Shown here one piece after another: positions 1 to 11,362 of a stretch of 56,493 bases of DNA. The DNA lies in the IMG/VR virus record IMGVR_UViG_3300035208_001055, positions 1-56,493 of that record; one strand, 5' to 3'. The translations under genes and the position numbers were made by a program. Every line of letters starts with the position of its first letter. Position 1 is the first letter of the stretch. Source of the DNA: a virus (taxonomy: Duplodnaviria; Heunggongvirae; Uroviricota; Caudoviricetes). The notes under the pieces were generated by a model that was given only the letters and a program-made list of their open reading frames with translations, was not told the origin of the DNA and searched no databases.

Positions 1-107
1 CCACGGGCAGGGCAACGGACCACGGGCAGGGCAACGGACCACGGGCAGGGCAACGGACCACGGGCAGGGCAACGGACCACGGGCAGGGCAACGGACCACG
101 GGCAGGG
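1..107. repeat. 19-bp perfect tandem repeat (CCACGGGCAGGGCAACGGA) x5 plus a 12-nt partial copy
   Basis: Units at 1, 20, 39, 58 and 77, partial copy at 96-107; no spacers; may continue upstream of the window. Confidence 0.97.
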
Positions 108-849
108 TGGGATTATGACGAACAAGTGGAATGCAGCGGGACTTTCTCGGATAGAGAAAAGGGAGGGCGGGGCCGATGGTCGGGCCGTCCCAACCGAGGG
201 CAAAATAGTGTCGTGAAGAAACCGGCCGGGAAATTCTGGCAACCACCCACGCGACACGTTGTATCAAATATCCTAATAGCAAAGGTTAAAACGAAAATGA
301 CAATTCGACCTAAGTTATTGTGTATCGTAACGGAGTATGATAAACGCCGACAAAATCGGAAGGATTACAACCGCTATGCACTAGGGCATTATATGGCGGC
401 GGTGGCAACCGTGATGGAAGCGCTTGAGAGTGGCGAACCTATTGAGAAAGCGCTTACCCGTGGCTTTTGTGGTTCCCTCTTGCGGCATATTGCGAAGAAA
501 CTTGGCTTGACGGTAAAATATGATCGTTGGCAATGATCGCTGGCAATAGGTCAACCCGCGCGGCGCAAAGAATCAAATTATTCTAATCGAAGGGGATGGA
601 ATGTTTAATCTAGGCGAACCATTTGAAAATACGTATAAGCCGAAGTTGCAAGTTGGGAGTGTTATCCGGGTTGTAGGGTGGGTTATGCTGGAAGGGTTGG
701 AAGAGGGAGAATACAAGGTGGCCGGGGTCGAAAACCATTACGGTAGCGCTTGCTATCGTTTCACCCGTAAGCGCGGCAAGCGGGTTGCGGCGGTCCATTT
801 TGCATCATCGGTTGACGGTTGGATACGGCCGGAGAACGGCAACCGTATC

Positions 850-888
850 GAGATTGCAAATTGAGAGTGCAAACTGAGATTGCAATTT
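850..888 (+). repeat. Three degenerate 13-bp direct repeats immediately upstream of a promoter
   Basis: gagattgcaaatt / gagagtgcaaact / gagattgcaattt, then gag-TTGACA. Confidence 0.8.
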
Positions 889-891
889 GAG

Positions 892-919
892 TTGACAAGT
901 CGAAATTGCGGGGTATACT
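892..919 (+). promoter_or_regulatory. sigma70-like early promoter
   Basis: TTGACA-N16-TATACT followed by TGTAGAG and an RBS (gaagggg) before GTG 940. Confidence 0.85.
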
Positions 920-2262
920 TGTAGAGAAGGGGAAACACCGTGACAGCTAATATATTCGTGGCAGAATGCGAAAAAAGACTTGTCGATCCCGCCATAGCTC
1001 TCGACAATGATTTCATCCGGGCAGCACTAGAAGAGAGGGACGACGTTCTAGTTTTGGAGTTGTTAGATAGTGAGTTTTGATTTGACAATCGCAACGTATG
1101 TAGAGAAGGGGAAGCAATGAACAGAACAGAAGCGATTTGCAAGGCATTAGGGTATCAGGGTGGCACTATCCACCAGCTTGCGGCCGAAACCGGGGTATCG
1201 GTCGAAGATTTGCTTTATGGGGTGCCAAGCGCAACTTATCTATCTTCCGACTACTCGCAAGGTTGGGCAGCGGGGCGGACGTGTTCCGTGGATTTCAACC
1301 GAACCGTAAACTTTCCCGCACACTTCGGGAACAAAGATTTCTGGCTTGGCGTTGCTATGGGCCTGATTGCACAAGGATAACGACAATGACGAAAATCTAC
1401 AAGATGCGGAATGATCGGTTTGTGACGGAATGCCCGGCTGATACGTTGTTATCGGTCCTTGCGGGCTTGCCTAGCGGGGCATACGAAACGTGGGCTAGTA
1501 GTGACAATGGTGATAAGGTCACGTTGTACCTTGTCAAGGGCGGTAAGGTTTCACTTTACGGGAAGGGATGATATGCCGGAATGTAATCACATTGCTGATT
1601 GTGCCAAGGTTTTGGGGCGTGGGGAGGATTACGTTCGTTCCACTATTGGCAAATTGATCGAGTCTAACGGTGGTAACGACAAGGCAGCATTTGCCACTTG
1701 TGCCAATGTTGTGGATATTTTGTGTCTTGAGGGAGATGAGTTAGGGGCCACTATTATGGCGTCTATAGCGCGTGCCATCCGTGGCAATTCTACTGATTTT
1801 CCGTTTGTTGTGACAACGTGGTGGATTTAACGAGAGGGATGATATGCCGGAATTGTTCAATAAGCACGATAAGCCCGACCTTGCGGGACTTACCGAAGAA
1901 GAGGCTTGGGCGCAAGTCCACGCATTTGAGGATTACGTGTACACTACCTTTTCTGACGATGATACTGTCTCTGACGAACAGTGGGATGGTATGATCGCGG
2001 AGATTGAGGCGCTTTATGCCGAATACTACGCATTGTTTGAGTGAGACGGTTGTGCATTTGTTTCCGAATGGGATGGTGGAACGGTTCACACGTCCCCGGT
2101 TTGGGCGATTAGGATACTATCGTTGGGTGCCCGCTTATTCAGAAGCACGCGCCTTAAATCTGGAATCCATGCCCCTATCGCGGTCCCAATGGTTCGACGC
2201 CGGGGCCTTGCATAGTTTCCGTTGTCGATTTCACGGTAGCAAAGAAGAAGCACGGCAAGCAA

Positions 2263-2301
2263 TGCAGAAATCTTTGCAGAAATCTTTGCAGAAATCTTTG
2301 C
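2263..2301 (+). repeat. 12-bp tandem repeat x3 upstream of a promoter
   Basis: tgcagaaatctt x3, ending 7 nt before TTGACA 2309. Confidence 0.95.
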
Positions 2302-2308
2302 GGTTTGC

Positions 2309-2336
2309 TTGACAAGGCTTTTTTGCGTGGTATAGT
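2309..2336 (+). promoter_or_regulatory. sigma70-like early promoter
   Basis: TTGACA-N16-TATAGT (extended TGG), followed by TGTAGAG. Confidence 0.85.
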
Positions 2337-2527
2337 TGTAGAGTAAGGGGAAGTAAATGGGAATGACAACTAGCACGTATGCGGCCGTCAAGGGTCCAAG
2401 TCGAAAAGACGGCAAGGTATGGCGACTTGCGGCCGTGGGCGTGGTTGTCGCAAAGGGCAATGCGGCCCGTATGCGTCAATACGTGAAGCGCAACGGCGGG
2501 GGCGTGGCGGGCTACTTTGTCTATCTC

Positions 2528-2738
2528 ACAAACCGCGAAGTAGGGGAAGAGGTGGCACCATGCAAAGCACGATGATAAGACAAACGACTTTGGCTAATTC
2601 AGATATAGACCCGAAAGAATGGTTCTTTCGATATGTGGGTGGCGTGGGGCGGTGGTACTATGGGGACGTGGATGGTTTGGGCAACAAACTAAAAAAATCT
2701 GACACCGATAAGACAAACCGCGAAGTAGGGGAAGAGGT
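2528..2738 (+). repeat. 26-bp direct repeat pair containing the RBS and flanking a small ORF (2560-2748)
   Basis: acaaaccgcgaagtaggggaagaggt at 2528-2553 and 2713-2738, each 6 nt before an ATG. Confidence 0.92.
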
Positions 2739-4001
2739 ACAACCATGAAAATTAGGGCAGTCTTGACCAGCTATAACAGTAAGCGCGATCGGTTCGGAAA
2801 TTGCTATTGGGCTTTTTGCTGGACTAGCACGGCTACCGGCCGAAAAGCTACCGGGCAGGTTAGCGGCGGGGAAAGCAATATCCGCGCTATCATCCGGGCT
2901 ATGGGCTTGGAGTCTGCGCAAGTCGCCTACAACAATGTGGAAATGGGCATAAGGGATTTCGACCGATTCGCTAAGGGCTTGCCCTACGCTGGTTGCACGG
3001 CCGACGAATTGGCGTTGTTTGTCCGCGCCGAGTTGAAACTTGCAAAAATCGCTGCAAAGTAGCGATTGCTCCGATTGTTTCGATTGTTGTAGTTCCAACG
3101 TGGTTCTAACTTGGCCGATAGGCCGCAATGGAGGTAATCATGCCGCGCGGTCCCCCGTAATCGTTACAACCAAAGAAACCCTTAGAAGATGAACAACTCC
3201 GATTTGATGCAGAATTGACACAATCAAAGAAAGTGGGGTGGCCTATGTAACGCCGGGTAAATCCGGTAAAGTCGGGCCACACGGCCCGATGAGGATTGTC
3301 CGGGTTGTATTGTGTACTTGGACTATGCTCAACGCGCCGTGTCGGATGGTTGTAGGGAAAGTTTGGGAGGTTACGATGCAATTTCAAGTTGTGAAATGGT
3401 GGCCGCAGGTTCCAACCGCGCGCCAATTGGCGACACAAGAGAAGCACGCAAGCCGGGAAGCGGCGGAAATAGAGGCGCAACGATTGCGGGAAGAAATGCC
3501 TAGTCGGCGGTTCGGCGTGGTATCAATTCAAGAAGAGGGCGAACAAAATGAAAGTATCAGTTAAGCGACTTATCCGGGTTATCGAGGATTTGCTGGGAAC
3601 GGAGGGGAGTATCCACGGCGGGAATTGCCTACATTGCGGGCGGGTTTATGATCGGCAAGGCGAGTATGCAATACCGGATGGCGGGGATTGTCCCTCCGAC
3701 GATTGCCCCTCTTTCGACGCCCGGAAAGTGTTGCGGCAACTCAAGAGGGCTGGAAATGCCAAGAGTCTACAAATCTCCTAGCGGGCGCTTGACACAACGG
3801 CGGGGCAATGGTCGATTTAGGAAATCGACCCTTGCCGACATAGGAATGGGCTGTTGCGAATCTTGCGGGCGAATCTTTCCTATCGACTTGTCAGACTTGG
3901 CGGATAGTCCGATGATCGACCCGAGAATCATAAACGATAGGCGAAAGCATTGCCCGGATTGTCGCCAACCGGGGTAGAAAAGTTTCCGTAGGAAATCCAA
4001 C

Positions 4002-4038
4002 CAGAAAATCTTGACAGAAAATCTTGACAGAAAATCTT
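4002..4038 (+). repeat. 13-bp tandem repeat (about x3) upstream of a promoter
   Basis: cagaaaatcttga x2 + cagaaaatctt; two copies generate extra TTGACA hexamers without a -10. Confidence 0.92.
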
Positions 4039-4048
4039 ACGGGTCAAC

Positions 4049-4076
4049 TTGACAAACGAGAATCATGGTGTAGACT
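4049..4076 (+). promoter_or_regulatory. sigma70-like early promoter
   Basis: TTGACA-N16-TAGACT followed by TGAATA. Confidence 0.8.
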
Positions 4077-4274
4077 TGAATATGAGAACAATCAAACTAA
4101 ACTTGACGCTAGAAGTGCGGGAAAATGCTTTCCCGTTTATGCCAATCGACCCGTGGGCCGAAGTTATCACTATCCTTGGGAGTGAGGTAAGCCGGATCAA
4201 ATGCGGGTCGATCAATTCTCATGTCCTAACTGGATTTAACCATGTTGGGCATTGTGAAATCGAGGTTATCCACC

Positions 4275-4736
4275 ATGATTAGTACAATCAATAGCAAGCC
4301 CGACGTTACGATCAATCGTGAGCAAGAGTTATACGTTATCTCTTGCGGTCGGGGCTACACTTGTCTAGGCTTTGACGTATGCCTAAAATGGGCACGGGGC
4401 ATTGCCGAATGGTTGGGCGTTCCTGAAGTCGAGCATTATTTATGTGGAACGATGGAAGCCTATGAGTTGTATGAGGAGTTATGTGTGGAAGGTCGGAGGA
4501 AGCATGATAAAACGGGTGAGCGCTGCCCCGCCCTCTTGACGCCCCAGCTTGTCGGCTTGGAAGGGAAGCGGGTGGAGGTGGTCGATTGCGACGGAGAAAA
4601 GCGGCGGTTTATCGTGGGCAAGTCTACCGGCTGGTTGCCGATACACTTGGAAATCTCACGGCGAAATTCGTCGGGCGGGTTCGGAGTGACGGGCGCGCCC
4701 TTCCGGTCGGTTCGGGTTGTATCACAAGGGAGGTAG
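4275..4736 (+). CDS. Conserved phage hypothetical protein (LTPQLVGLEGKRVEV...RRFIVGKSTGW...HLEI family)
   Basis: ORF track 4242..4736; ATG 4275 overlaps upstream stop; motif recalled from phage hypothetical proteins. Confidence 0.7.
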   Translation: MISTINSKPDVTINREQELYVISCGRGYTCLGFDVCLKWARGIAEWLGVPEVEHYLCGTMEAYELYEELCVEGRRKHDKTGERCPALLTPQLVGLEGKRVEVVDCDGEKRRFIVGKSTGWLPIHLEISRRNSSGGFGVTGAPFRSVRVVSQGR

Positions 4737-5581
4737 CATCGTGGGCGAACAGCGAACAGTAACGCATTTCCAGTTATCCGGGGACTTGTTTGCAGACTTT
4801 TCAGCCCGCAAGCCCCGCCACTGGACCGATTCTAACGGCGTGGTCTATTTCGGCACGTTGCAAGCTATTGAACGCGCCGACGGTGACGGTCGTTCTTTCA
4901 CTATCGACATTGCGAATCAAAGCGGAAAGGTGAGTATTCATGTACTTACCATTGATTAGGAAAACACAGAAGTTTCCGGTTGTGACGGTTTCGGAAGTGC
5001 AAGAGAAGTTGCCGGATGTAGAGGTTATGCACTTCGGTAACTTCTATCGGTGCAAAGTGACCGGGCGCTTTAATAAGTTTGCAACGGTCACGCCGATTGA
5101 ACCGCCGGATTGGCTTGTAGGGACTACGTGGGAATTTAGTTGGCAAGCGATTGCGCGGGCGCTTGCGGAAAAGGGATGGTTGACAACATGATAACCGAAA
5201 AAGAAGCGGGGATTATTGACCGTGGCTTGCAACAAGTCGATCAATTCCTAGCCGATGGTCCGCTATTCATGGGCGGGCCGGGCATTGCGGCGGGGCGCTA
5301 CTGTATGTGGTTGCTAACCGTGTGCAATCGGCTATGGAGTGAGTACAAGGAAAGCCACAAAGCGGGGTAGCCGTGGCCGATAGAATGACGTTGGAAGCGT
5401 GGCGGGTCGAGATGCTTGACGATATGGGCAAGTTTGTAGCCTATTGGGAAAAGATGAACAAGCATTTTCCCGAACTATTCCCAATGGAGCTATTGGCGGG
5501 GGATTGGGATGAACAATTCCGTATACATGACCCCGCTTGCGATTCTGTCGAAAGTTTTCAGAGATTTTTAGACGGGAAAAC

Positions 5582-5609
5582 TTGACAAGTCGAAATAGCA
5601 TGGTATGCT
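5582..5609 (+). promoter_or_regulatory. sigma70-like early promoter
   Basis: TTGACA-N16-TATGCT followed by TGTAGTG. Confidence 0.8.
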
Positions 5610-5677
5610 TGTAGTGTTAAGGGAAAGGAACGTATCCCAAACTTTGTTTCTGTGTACCACTTAGAAAGAGGTGTCTA

Positions 5678-5911
5678 GTGAGCGATTCGACAAAGGAAAA
5701 GGTTCGCGTGGCGGATGAGGATTTCGTCCGGGCCTACATTTCGGTCAAGTCCTATGAGGAGTTGGCCACGGTGTTGGGCTTGGAAGTCGCCAGCGTGCAA
5801 GCACGCGCCACCAAGTTGCGAAAGGCGGGCGTGCCCCTTCCGTCGTATGAGCGGAAGAAGAAGGAAATCGACGTGGCCGGGTTGACCGCGCTTATCGCGG
5901 GCAACAGCTAA
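5678..5911 (+). CDS. Small HTH-like DNA-binding protein
   Basis: YEELATVLGLEVASVQARATKLRKAGVPLP fits helix-turn-helix; resembles, from memory, a small-protein family in Planctomycetes; first gene after promoter 5582. Confidence 0.6.
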   Translation: MSDSTKEKVRVADEDFVRAYISVKSYEELATVLGLEVASVQARATKLRKAGVPLPSYERKKKEIDVAGLTALIAGNS

Positions 5912-5929
5912 GCTACTCGGCAAGGGTTC

Positions 5930-5959
5930 GCGGGGGCGTAGTGTTTGCTACGCCCCCGC
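5930..5959. terminator. GC-rich hairpin (terminator or processing site)
   Basis: GCGGGGGCGTAG-tgtttg-CTACGCCCCCGC, 12-bp stem, no U-tract. Confidence 0.55.
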
Positions 5960-7095
5960 TACCCGCGAGTCGCGTTGTAGCTAGTGTAGTGGTCGTTTTA
6001 ATCATCCTAATTGTGTATGGATGGAGGGTTCAGATGGATTGGTCCGAATTGGTCGGAAAGACAATCTCGCACGTTGACACCGAATTTGGCGTCAATGTCG
6101 TTCGGGTGTTCTGTGATGATAACACGGCGTTTGTTATCGACACGGACACGGTAGGGATAGGGGGACTTCGCTTGTATCGTCCCGTCCTATGCCCCGTTGA
6201 CGACTACCGCCAAGTCGAAAAAGTCGCCTTAAATGGCCGGGAGTAGCGAATGGTAACGGAGTTTATCACGGACGGGGTTCGGAAGTTGAAAAAGGCCGAA
6301 GATATTTCGGTTTTCCTTCCCCACCAAAGCGGACACAAGCGGGCGCTTTTAATCGTTGTTCGGGAAGATAGCCCGATTTGTTACCCGATTTCCAAGGCGG
6401 TTGCGGCGGAATTGATTGCGGCCGGGATACCGTATCAGGGATAGGGATAACACCATGCGCTTACGGTTGTGGCGATTGTTGAGGTGGTTGCGGATAGTAG
6501 AGCGCTGCCCTAATTGCGAATCGGCATGGACGGGCGGATGTTCGGACCCTGCCAGTTTGACGCATTGTATCGTGTGTGGCGACAAGGACGGCCGGATAAC
6601 GGGGTGGTGTTGGGGCCGGGCGGTTGACCCGTTCTATTGGCTGGGGCAAAGGAACGTGGCGCGGAATCTACGGAACATTGGGGAGAGGAAGTAGCATCAT
6701 GGGCAACACTTCGGACACCACGGCGGGCAACACGGCGGTCAACACCACGCGAGAAAAGCAAATCCTAGCCTATGCGTTGCGGTTTCTGCTTTCCAATATC
6801 GACGAAACCACGGCCGACGACTTAGGGGCCGGGGCCGACGCCTTAGAGCTAGAGGTGAGCGCCCTAGCGGCGCAATACGAGTTTGTCGGGTGGAAAGCGG
6901 CGGTCAACGGGGCCGGTAATCGCCCGTGGTTTGTTATGCACCATGAGGACCGACGCTATCATCAGGATAGGCGGGGGAATCTTGTGCGGTATGCTTCCCA
7001 TGAGGCGGCGGAACGTAAGGCGGTGGAGTTGAACCGATTGCAAGGGTAGTGTGACCCCGCGCGATCGACATTTTGAGAAAATCTAAATACGGGAT

Positions 7096-7123
7096 TTGAC
7101 AATCGCAGTCTGTGGTGTAGACT
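7096..7123 (+). promoter_or_regulatory. sigma70-like early promoter
   Basis: TTGACA-N16-TAGACT followed by TGAATAG; GAGAAAATCT box upstream. Confidence 0.82.
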
Positions 7124-7173
7124 TGAATAGTTAGGCAAACGACAACTACAACACAGACAAGAGAGGTGAGACA

Positions 7174-8133
7174 ATGGCAAAGAGACAGAAGTATGTACAT
7201 ACGCCCGATATGGTTGCCCACTTGTGGGCGCACCAATCGCAAGAGGCGGCACGGACGGCGGGGAGTGGCCGGTTGTATTTCGAGGGGGACACGATTTATA
7301 GTTACGGTTCCCACTTCCCGATTGCCCGCCACATCAAAAAGGGCAGCAAGCGGGCGGTGTTTTTCACAACCCGTAGCTACAGCATGACCACGGCCGGGCA
7401 CAAAAATTGTGTCTATGGGGCGTGTTCCCACTTGACCACGTTCCATGTCCACGACATTTACGGCGGGCACAAGGTACATCTTGCCGAGTACAAGCAACGC
7501 CTTGCCAACTTGCAAGCCGACTACGCCAAAGCGCGCGGCCGCAAGCCGGAATACCTTAACCTGATGGAGCAAGCGGTAGCGCAAGCTAACGAATATGCGG
7601 CCTTTTTCGGCCTGAAAACCCGGTTTTCTTTGCCGGAAAATGAGAAGGAAATGCGGGAAGAGTGCGCCCGTGTGACCGTCCGCAATGCCGAGATAGCGGA
7701 AATCCGCCGGGTTCGGAATGAGAAGGAATGGGAAGCGGCCCGTATCCAGCGGGAAAAAGAGGCGGCGAAATGGGCGGTGAAAAACGAGAAACTATTGCGG
7801 GCGTGGGTTGACGGGGAGAGTAACGAGTTGCCCCGTAACATGCCGTGGGATGCGCCGGTGCGCTTGCGAATCGCCGGGGAAGAGTTGCAAACCACTAAGG
7901 GCGCGGCGGTTCCCCTTGACCACGCTATCCGGGCCTTTCGCGTAATCCAGCGGTTGTATGAGCGCGGCGAAACCTACCAGCGCAACGGGTACACTATCCA
8001 CTTAGGCCATTTCGCCCTCGATAGCATAGAGGCGGATGGTACTATCGTGGCCGGTTGCCACCGGATTGCACGGGCCGAAGTGGAACGTATCGCCAAGCTG
8101 GCAGAATCGGCCGGGTTGCTGAAATCGGCCTAG
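7174..8133 (+). CDS. Conserved phage hypothetical protein, 319 aa (VAHLWAHQ...YFEGDTIYSYGSHFPIAR family)
   Basis: Long ORF with RBS gagaggtg, central coiled-coil-like segment, directly after promoter 7096. Confidence 0.85.
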   Translation: MAKRQKYVHTPDMVAHLWAHQSQEAARTAGSGRLYFEGDTIYSYGSHFPIARHIKKGSKRAVFFTTRSYSMTTAGHKNCVYGACSHLTTFHVHDIYGGHKVHLAEYKQRLANLQADYAKARGRKPEYLNLMEQAVAQANEYAAFFGLKTRFSLPENEKEMREECARVTVRNAEIAEIRRVRNEKEWEAARIQREKEAAKWAVKNEKLLRAWVDGESNELPRNMPWDAPVRLRIAGEELQTTKGAAVPLDHAIRAFRVIQRLYERGETYQRNGYTIHLGHFALDSIEADGTIVAGCHRIARAEVERIAKLAESAGLLKSA

Positions 8134-8158
8134 TGTCTGTGTCGTTGCCGGGGACCAC

Positions 8159-8191
8159 TACAACCGGGCGGGAAATGCCCGCCCGGTTGTA
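8159..8191. terminator. 14-bp perfect hairpin after the 319-aa gene
   Basis: TACAACCGGGCGGG-aaatg-CCCGCCCGGTTGTA; no U-tract. Confidence 0.6.
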
Positions 8192-8524
8192 CTCCCTGCA
8201 AAATTCGGAACAAGGGAACATCATGTACGCAATCGAAGATTATCGAAGAGCGCCTAGCGGAGAGGGGCCGTTAGCGGCGGAGTGGAAAGACAAGCCCCAC
8301 CGCCTGATATACGACTTGTGCAAGCGTGTGGAAGCGCTTGAAAGCAAGGGGTTCGGTTGCCATTGTGACCTTGAACCCGGAATGCAACCGGATGGTTGCG
8401 TATTGCTTGACGGGGTGGCCGATAATTGCGTCTATGCCCAACGATTGCGGGAAGAGGGCAAGGGGCCGTCGGCGTGTGAGTATTGGCGACCGATACAACT
8501 CTCCGATGAAACTGAAAAAGCGAC

Positions 8525-8552
8525 TTGACAAACCCGGATTGTAGGGTATACT
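8525..8552 (+). promoter_or_regulatory. sigma70-like early promoter
   Basis: TTGACA-N16-TATACT followed by TGAATAG. Confidence 0.85.
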
Positions 8553-9893
8553 TGAATAGAATGGCAAACGCAAACCTAGAAGCCTTGACCGCCGGTTACA
8601 AGTATCGGTTGGAAATCCATACCGCCAACTTGGCACGGGCGGGTCATAGCTTCCACACGTCGAAAGCGACGGCCCGGAAAGAACGGGATGCGTTGCGGAA
8701 AACCGGGTTTGTAGTTTCCTTGTTTACGATCAATAGCGTTGGCGGGTTGGAACCTACAACCTGCTAACTCGCAAGGGTCGAAAGTGGAATTGCGTAGGCG
8801 CGGGCGGATTGCGACCCCGCGCCACCCAATACCGTGCGGGGCGCAATGCGGAAGCGGACGGCCCTTGACCGAACAGAGAGGTTGTGATGGAAAAGAAACC
8901 CCAGCAAGAGTATCATATACGTGTCCCAATAACGGGCACACGAATCTTTCGGGTCAAGGCCCCGTCGCCCGGCGTTGCGGTGCAATCGCTGTTGAACGGG
9001 GTCTATGTTGACCAACGGGATTGCGTTTTGGAGGATTTGGATTACAACAAGTGGGACGTGCGTAAGGCTTAACACGGAGAGAACGAGAATGTCGAAAGTA
9101 TCGAGCAAACTGGTTGCGTTGGATAGCACGCTTGAAAAAGTCTGTCGGGATTTGCGGGATCAGCCGAACCCGATACGTGTAGCGTACAAACTACTCGATA
9201 CGGCTTTTTCGATTGTGCCGAGTGAGCAAGCGGACGTTATCCGCAAGGTGACGGCGGCGAAAGAGGGTTGCGAAGTGTTGGCCGATATTGCGTGGTGGGC
9301 ACGGCATACAATCGACGAACCGACAACGGCGGAGTTGGCCGAAGCGGTAATCAAAGAGTTGTCGCCACAAGTGGCGTTGTGTATCCCACTCATAAGCTAG
9401 TCATAGGTGCAACGGTGGAAGCGGAACGTAGAAAGTTGTTGGGTGAGTTAAGCACCGCCCGCCTACTGACGTATGAGCTAGAGCGGGCCTTGCACGATAC
9501 GCCGAAGGGCAAAGAGCGCGATTGGATTGCGCGCATTATCGCAATGGAAGATCAAAGGGCGGCGGAGTGCGAAGATTCGCTTGCGTGTGTCCAACCGTAG
9601 GCGAATAGTTCCCGAGAAAATCGAGCGGGGAAAATATGGACCCTCCCCTTGACGTAGTTCAGCGGGCGTTATACCTTGGCCGTGCCGAGATTGCAGACTT
9701 GGAACGGATGATCGAGGAAAGCAAAGATAAGGGCACACGTCGGCGCTTGACATCGGTGCTATCGCAAGTTGACCAGCGCGTGTCATTTTTACGAGACAAG
9801 TTACCGGGGGCGAAAGGGTTCGATGATGACGGTTGCACTTGATGCGTCGGTTGTATCGGTTGAAATCGGTCAATTTAAATCTCGGATTTGGAT

Positions 9894-9921
9894 TTGACTT
9901 TCCCGGTTTCTGTGGTATGAT
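9894..9921 (+). promoter_or_regulatory. sigma70-like early promoter
   Basis: TTGACT-N16-TATGAT (extended TGG), upstream of ORF 9939. Confidence 0.8.
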
Positions 9922-9938
9922 TAAGGTAGAGGTGAAGC

Positions 9939-10298
9939 ATGAAACAAGCAACGAAACAACAATGCGAAACGACGCCGGTTATCTTCCGGGTGTGGCGGGA
10001 AGATGGAAAAGATCAAGAGGTCTTTGCATTGTTCCCCACGATCCCAGCCGACAACTACGGCTACCTTGTCACGTCCTACCAGCACGTCGGGCAACATTGT
10101 AGCGCGGACTACAGCGCGTGCATTGCCCATTCTCGCCGGGCTTTCATCGGAGAGTATGCTGATTTGTGGAGTGAGTTGGAAGCCATTGGTTACGAGAACA
10201 TGCAGGTATTCCAACGGCAAACCCCGCAAATGCGGCAACGATGCTTGGAAGCGGCGGAAGGCCCATCACTGTCTACTACTCTTGTGAGGGCCGGATAA
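9939..10298 (+). CDS. Conserved phage/MGE hypothetical protein (VIFR.W...ALFP..PA...SYQHVGQH...YADL..ELE.IGY family)
   Basis: Motif recalled from phage early proteins; RBS gaggtg. Confidence 0.7.
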   Translation: MKQATKQQCETTPVIFRVWREDGKDQEVFALFPTIPADNYGYLVTSYQHVGQHCSADYSACIAHSRRAFIGEYADLWSELEAIGYENMQVFQRQTPQMRQRCLEAAEGPSLSTTLVRAG

Positions 10299-10825
10299 TG
10301 AGCAACCATGTTCGATTTCACTTTCTAACGGGCGACGTGAATTTCACGCAACACGGCGGGAAGTGGATAAGCAACAAGTTGAACAATAGCGAATTTGATT
10401 ACTACCTTGTAATCGAATTGATGAATTGGCACGAGTTGGGGTATGAGGAACAACCCAAGTATAACGTGTGCCTATCGGCGGTGTCGCCACGACAAGCGGG
10501 TGAGGAACACTTGCAGCGGGCGTATGATTGCGTAGGCTTGACGCCCGATACGCTTGAAAGTCTCAAGGCTAGTGGCAACCTTGCGGAAGCGCAAGTCGAA
10601 GCGCTTCACTCTTACGGTGGCGTTGCCCCGGTGTGGCAAGATGACGGCAACAATTGGAAGTCCCTAATGCAGAAGGCACGGGCCGAAGCGCAGTGTTGTG
10701 AGGGGCTTCTCGGATTCTATCTTGACCGCCCCGTCAACCGGATCGGTGAAACGGGTTGGGAAGCGTTGCGAATGGCAGATACGCGCGAAGTTTTGGACCG
10801 TGTTCTAGGTGAGGTGACACAATGA
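10298..10825 (+). CDS. Hypothetical protein
   Basis: ORF track 10241..10825; ATG coupled to upstream TAA. Confidence 0.75.
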   Translation: MSNHVRFHFLTGDVNFTQHGGKWISNKLNNSEFDYYLVIELMNWHELGYEEQPKYNVCLSAVSPRQAGEEHLQRAYDCVGLTPDTLESLKASGNLAEAQVEALHSYGGVAPVWQDDGNNWKSLMQKARAEAQCCEGLLGFYLDRPVNRIGETGWEALRMADTREVLDRVLGEVTQ

Positions 10826-11362
10826 CACAGACTCTTGACCAGCTTGTCGAGCGACAGATTTGCGAACAAGCCACGGGTTGCCACGGGGCCGGGGACTTTC
10901 GGCGGTGGGCAGCGCAACAAGGCTACCAGTTTTGCGAGGTGTTCGATTGGACCAGTAGCGCCGGGGATTGGTCGTTTATCGTGTCCAAGGACGGCGAAAC
11001 ATGGTATCTGATGTTCCAAGAGAACAACTACCCACGGGGCGGGTTCACTCGGAATATCTCCGATGTTCCTATCGACTTGCAAGGCCCTGCCGAAGCGGTC
11101 CTAGAGTACGTGGCCGAATTATGCGAACTAGGAATACCAGTAGGAGTCTAATGGTGAAAGGCGAGTTGCGTAGCACTACATACCGTGGCGGGAGTTGTGC
11201 GAATTGCGGGAAGCGGGTAGGCCCGTTCCCTCAAATCGGACATCTCTATCGTTACGGTCGGCGTAGCCTTGACCGGGTTGGGAAGATACTTTGGCTGAAG
11301 GGCCGGTATTGTGGGTGGGGCTGCGCGACCGAAGCACAACGTAAACTAGGAGTTGACATACT

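Noticed and set aside
1-107. Possible CRISPR array
   Set aside because: Units are directly adjacent with no spacers; there is no cas operon (the PD-(D/E)XK gene is a typical phage exonuclease)
1082-1105. TTGACA before ORF 1117 as a promoter
   Set aside because: Only 11 nt separate TTGACA from TGTAGAG versus 22 in intact copies, and there is no -10; it looks like a deleted remnant
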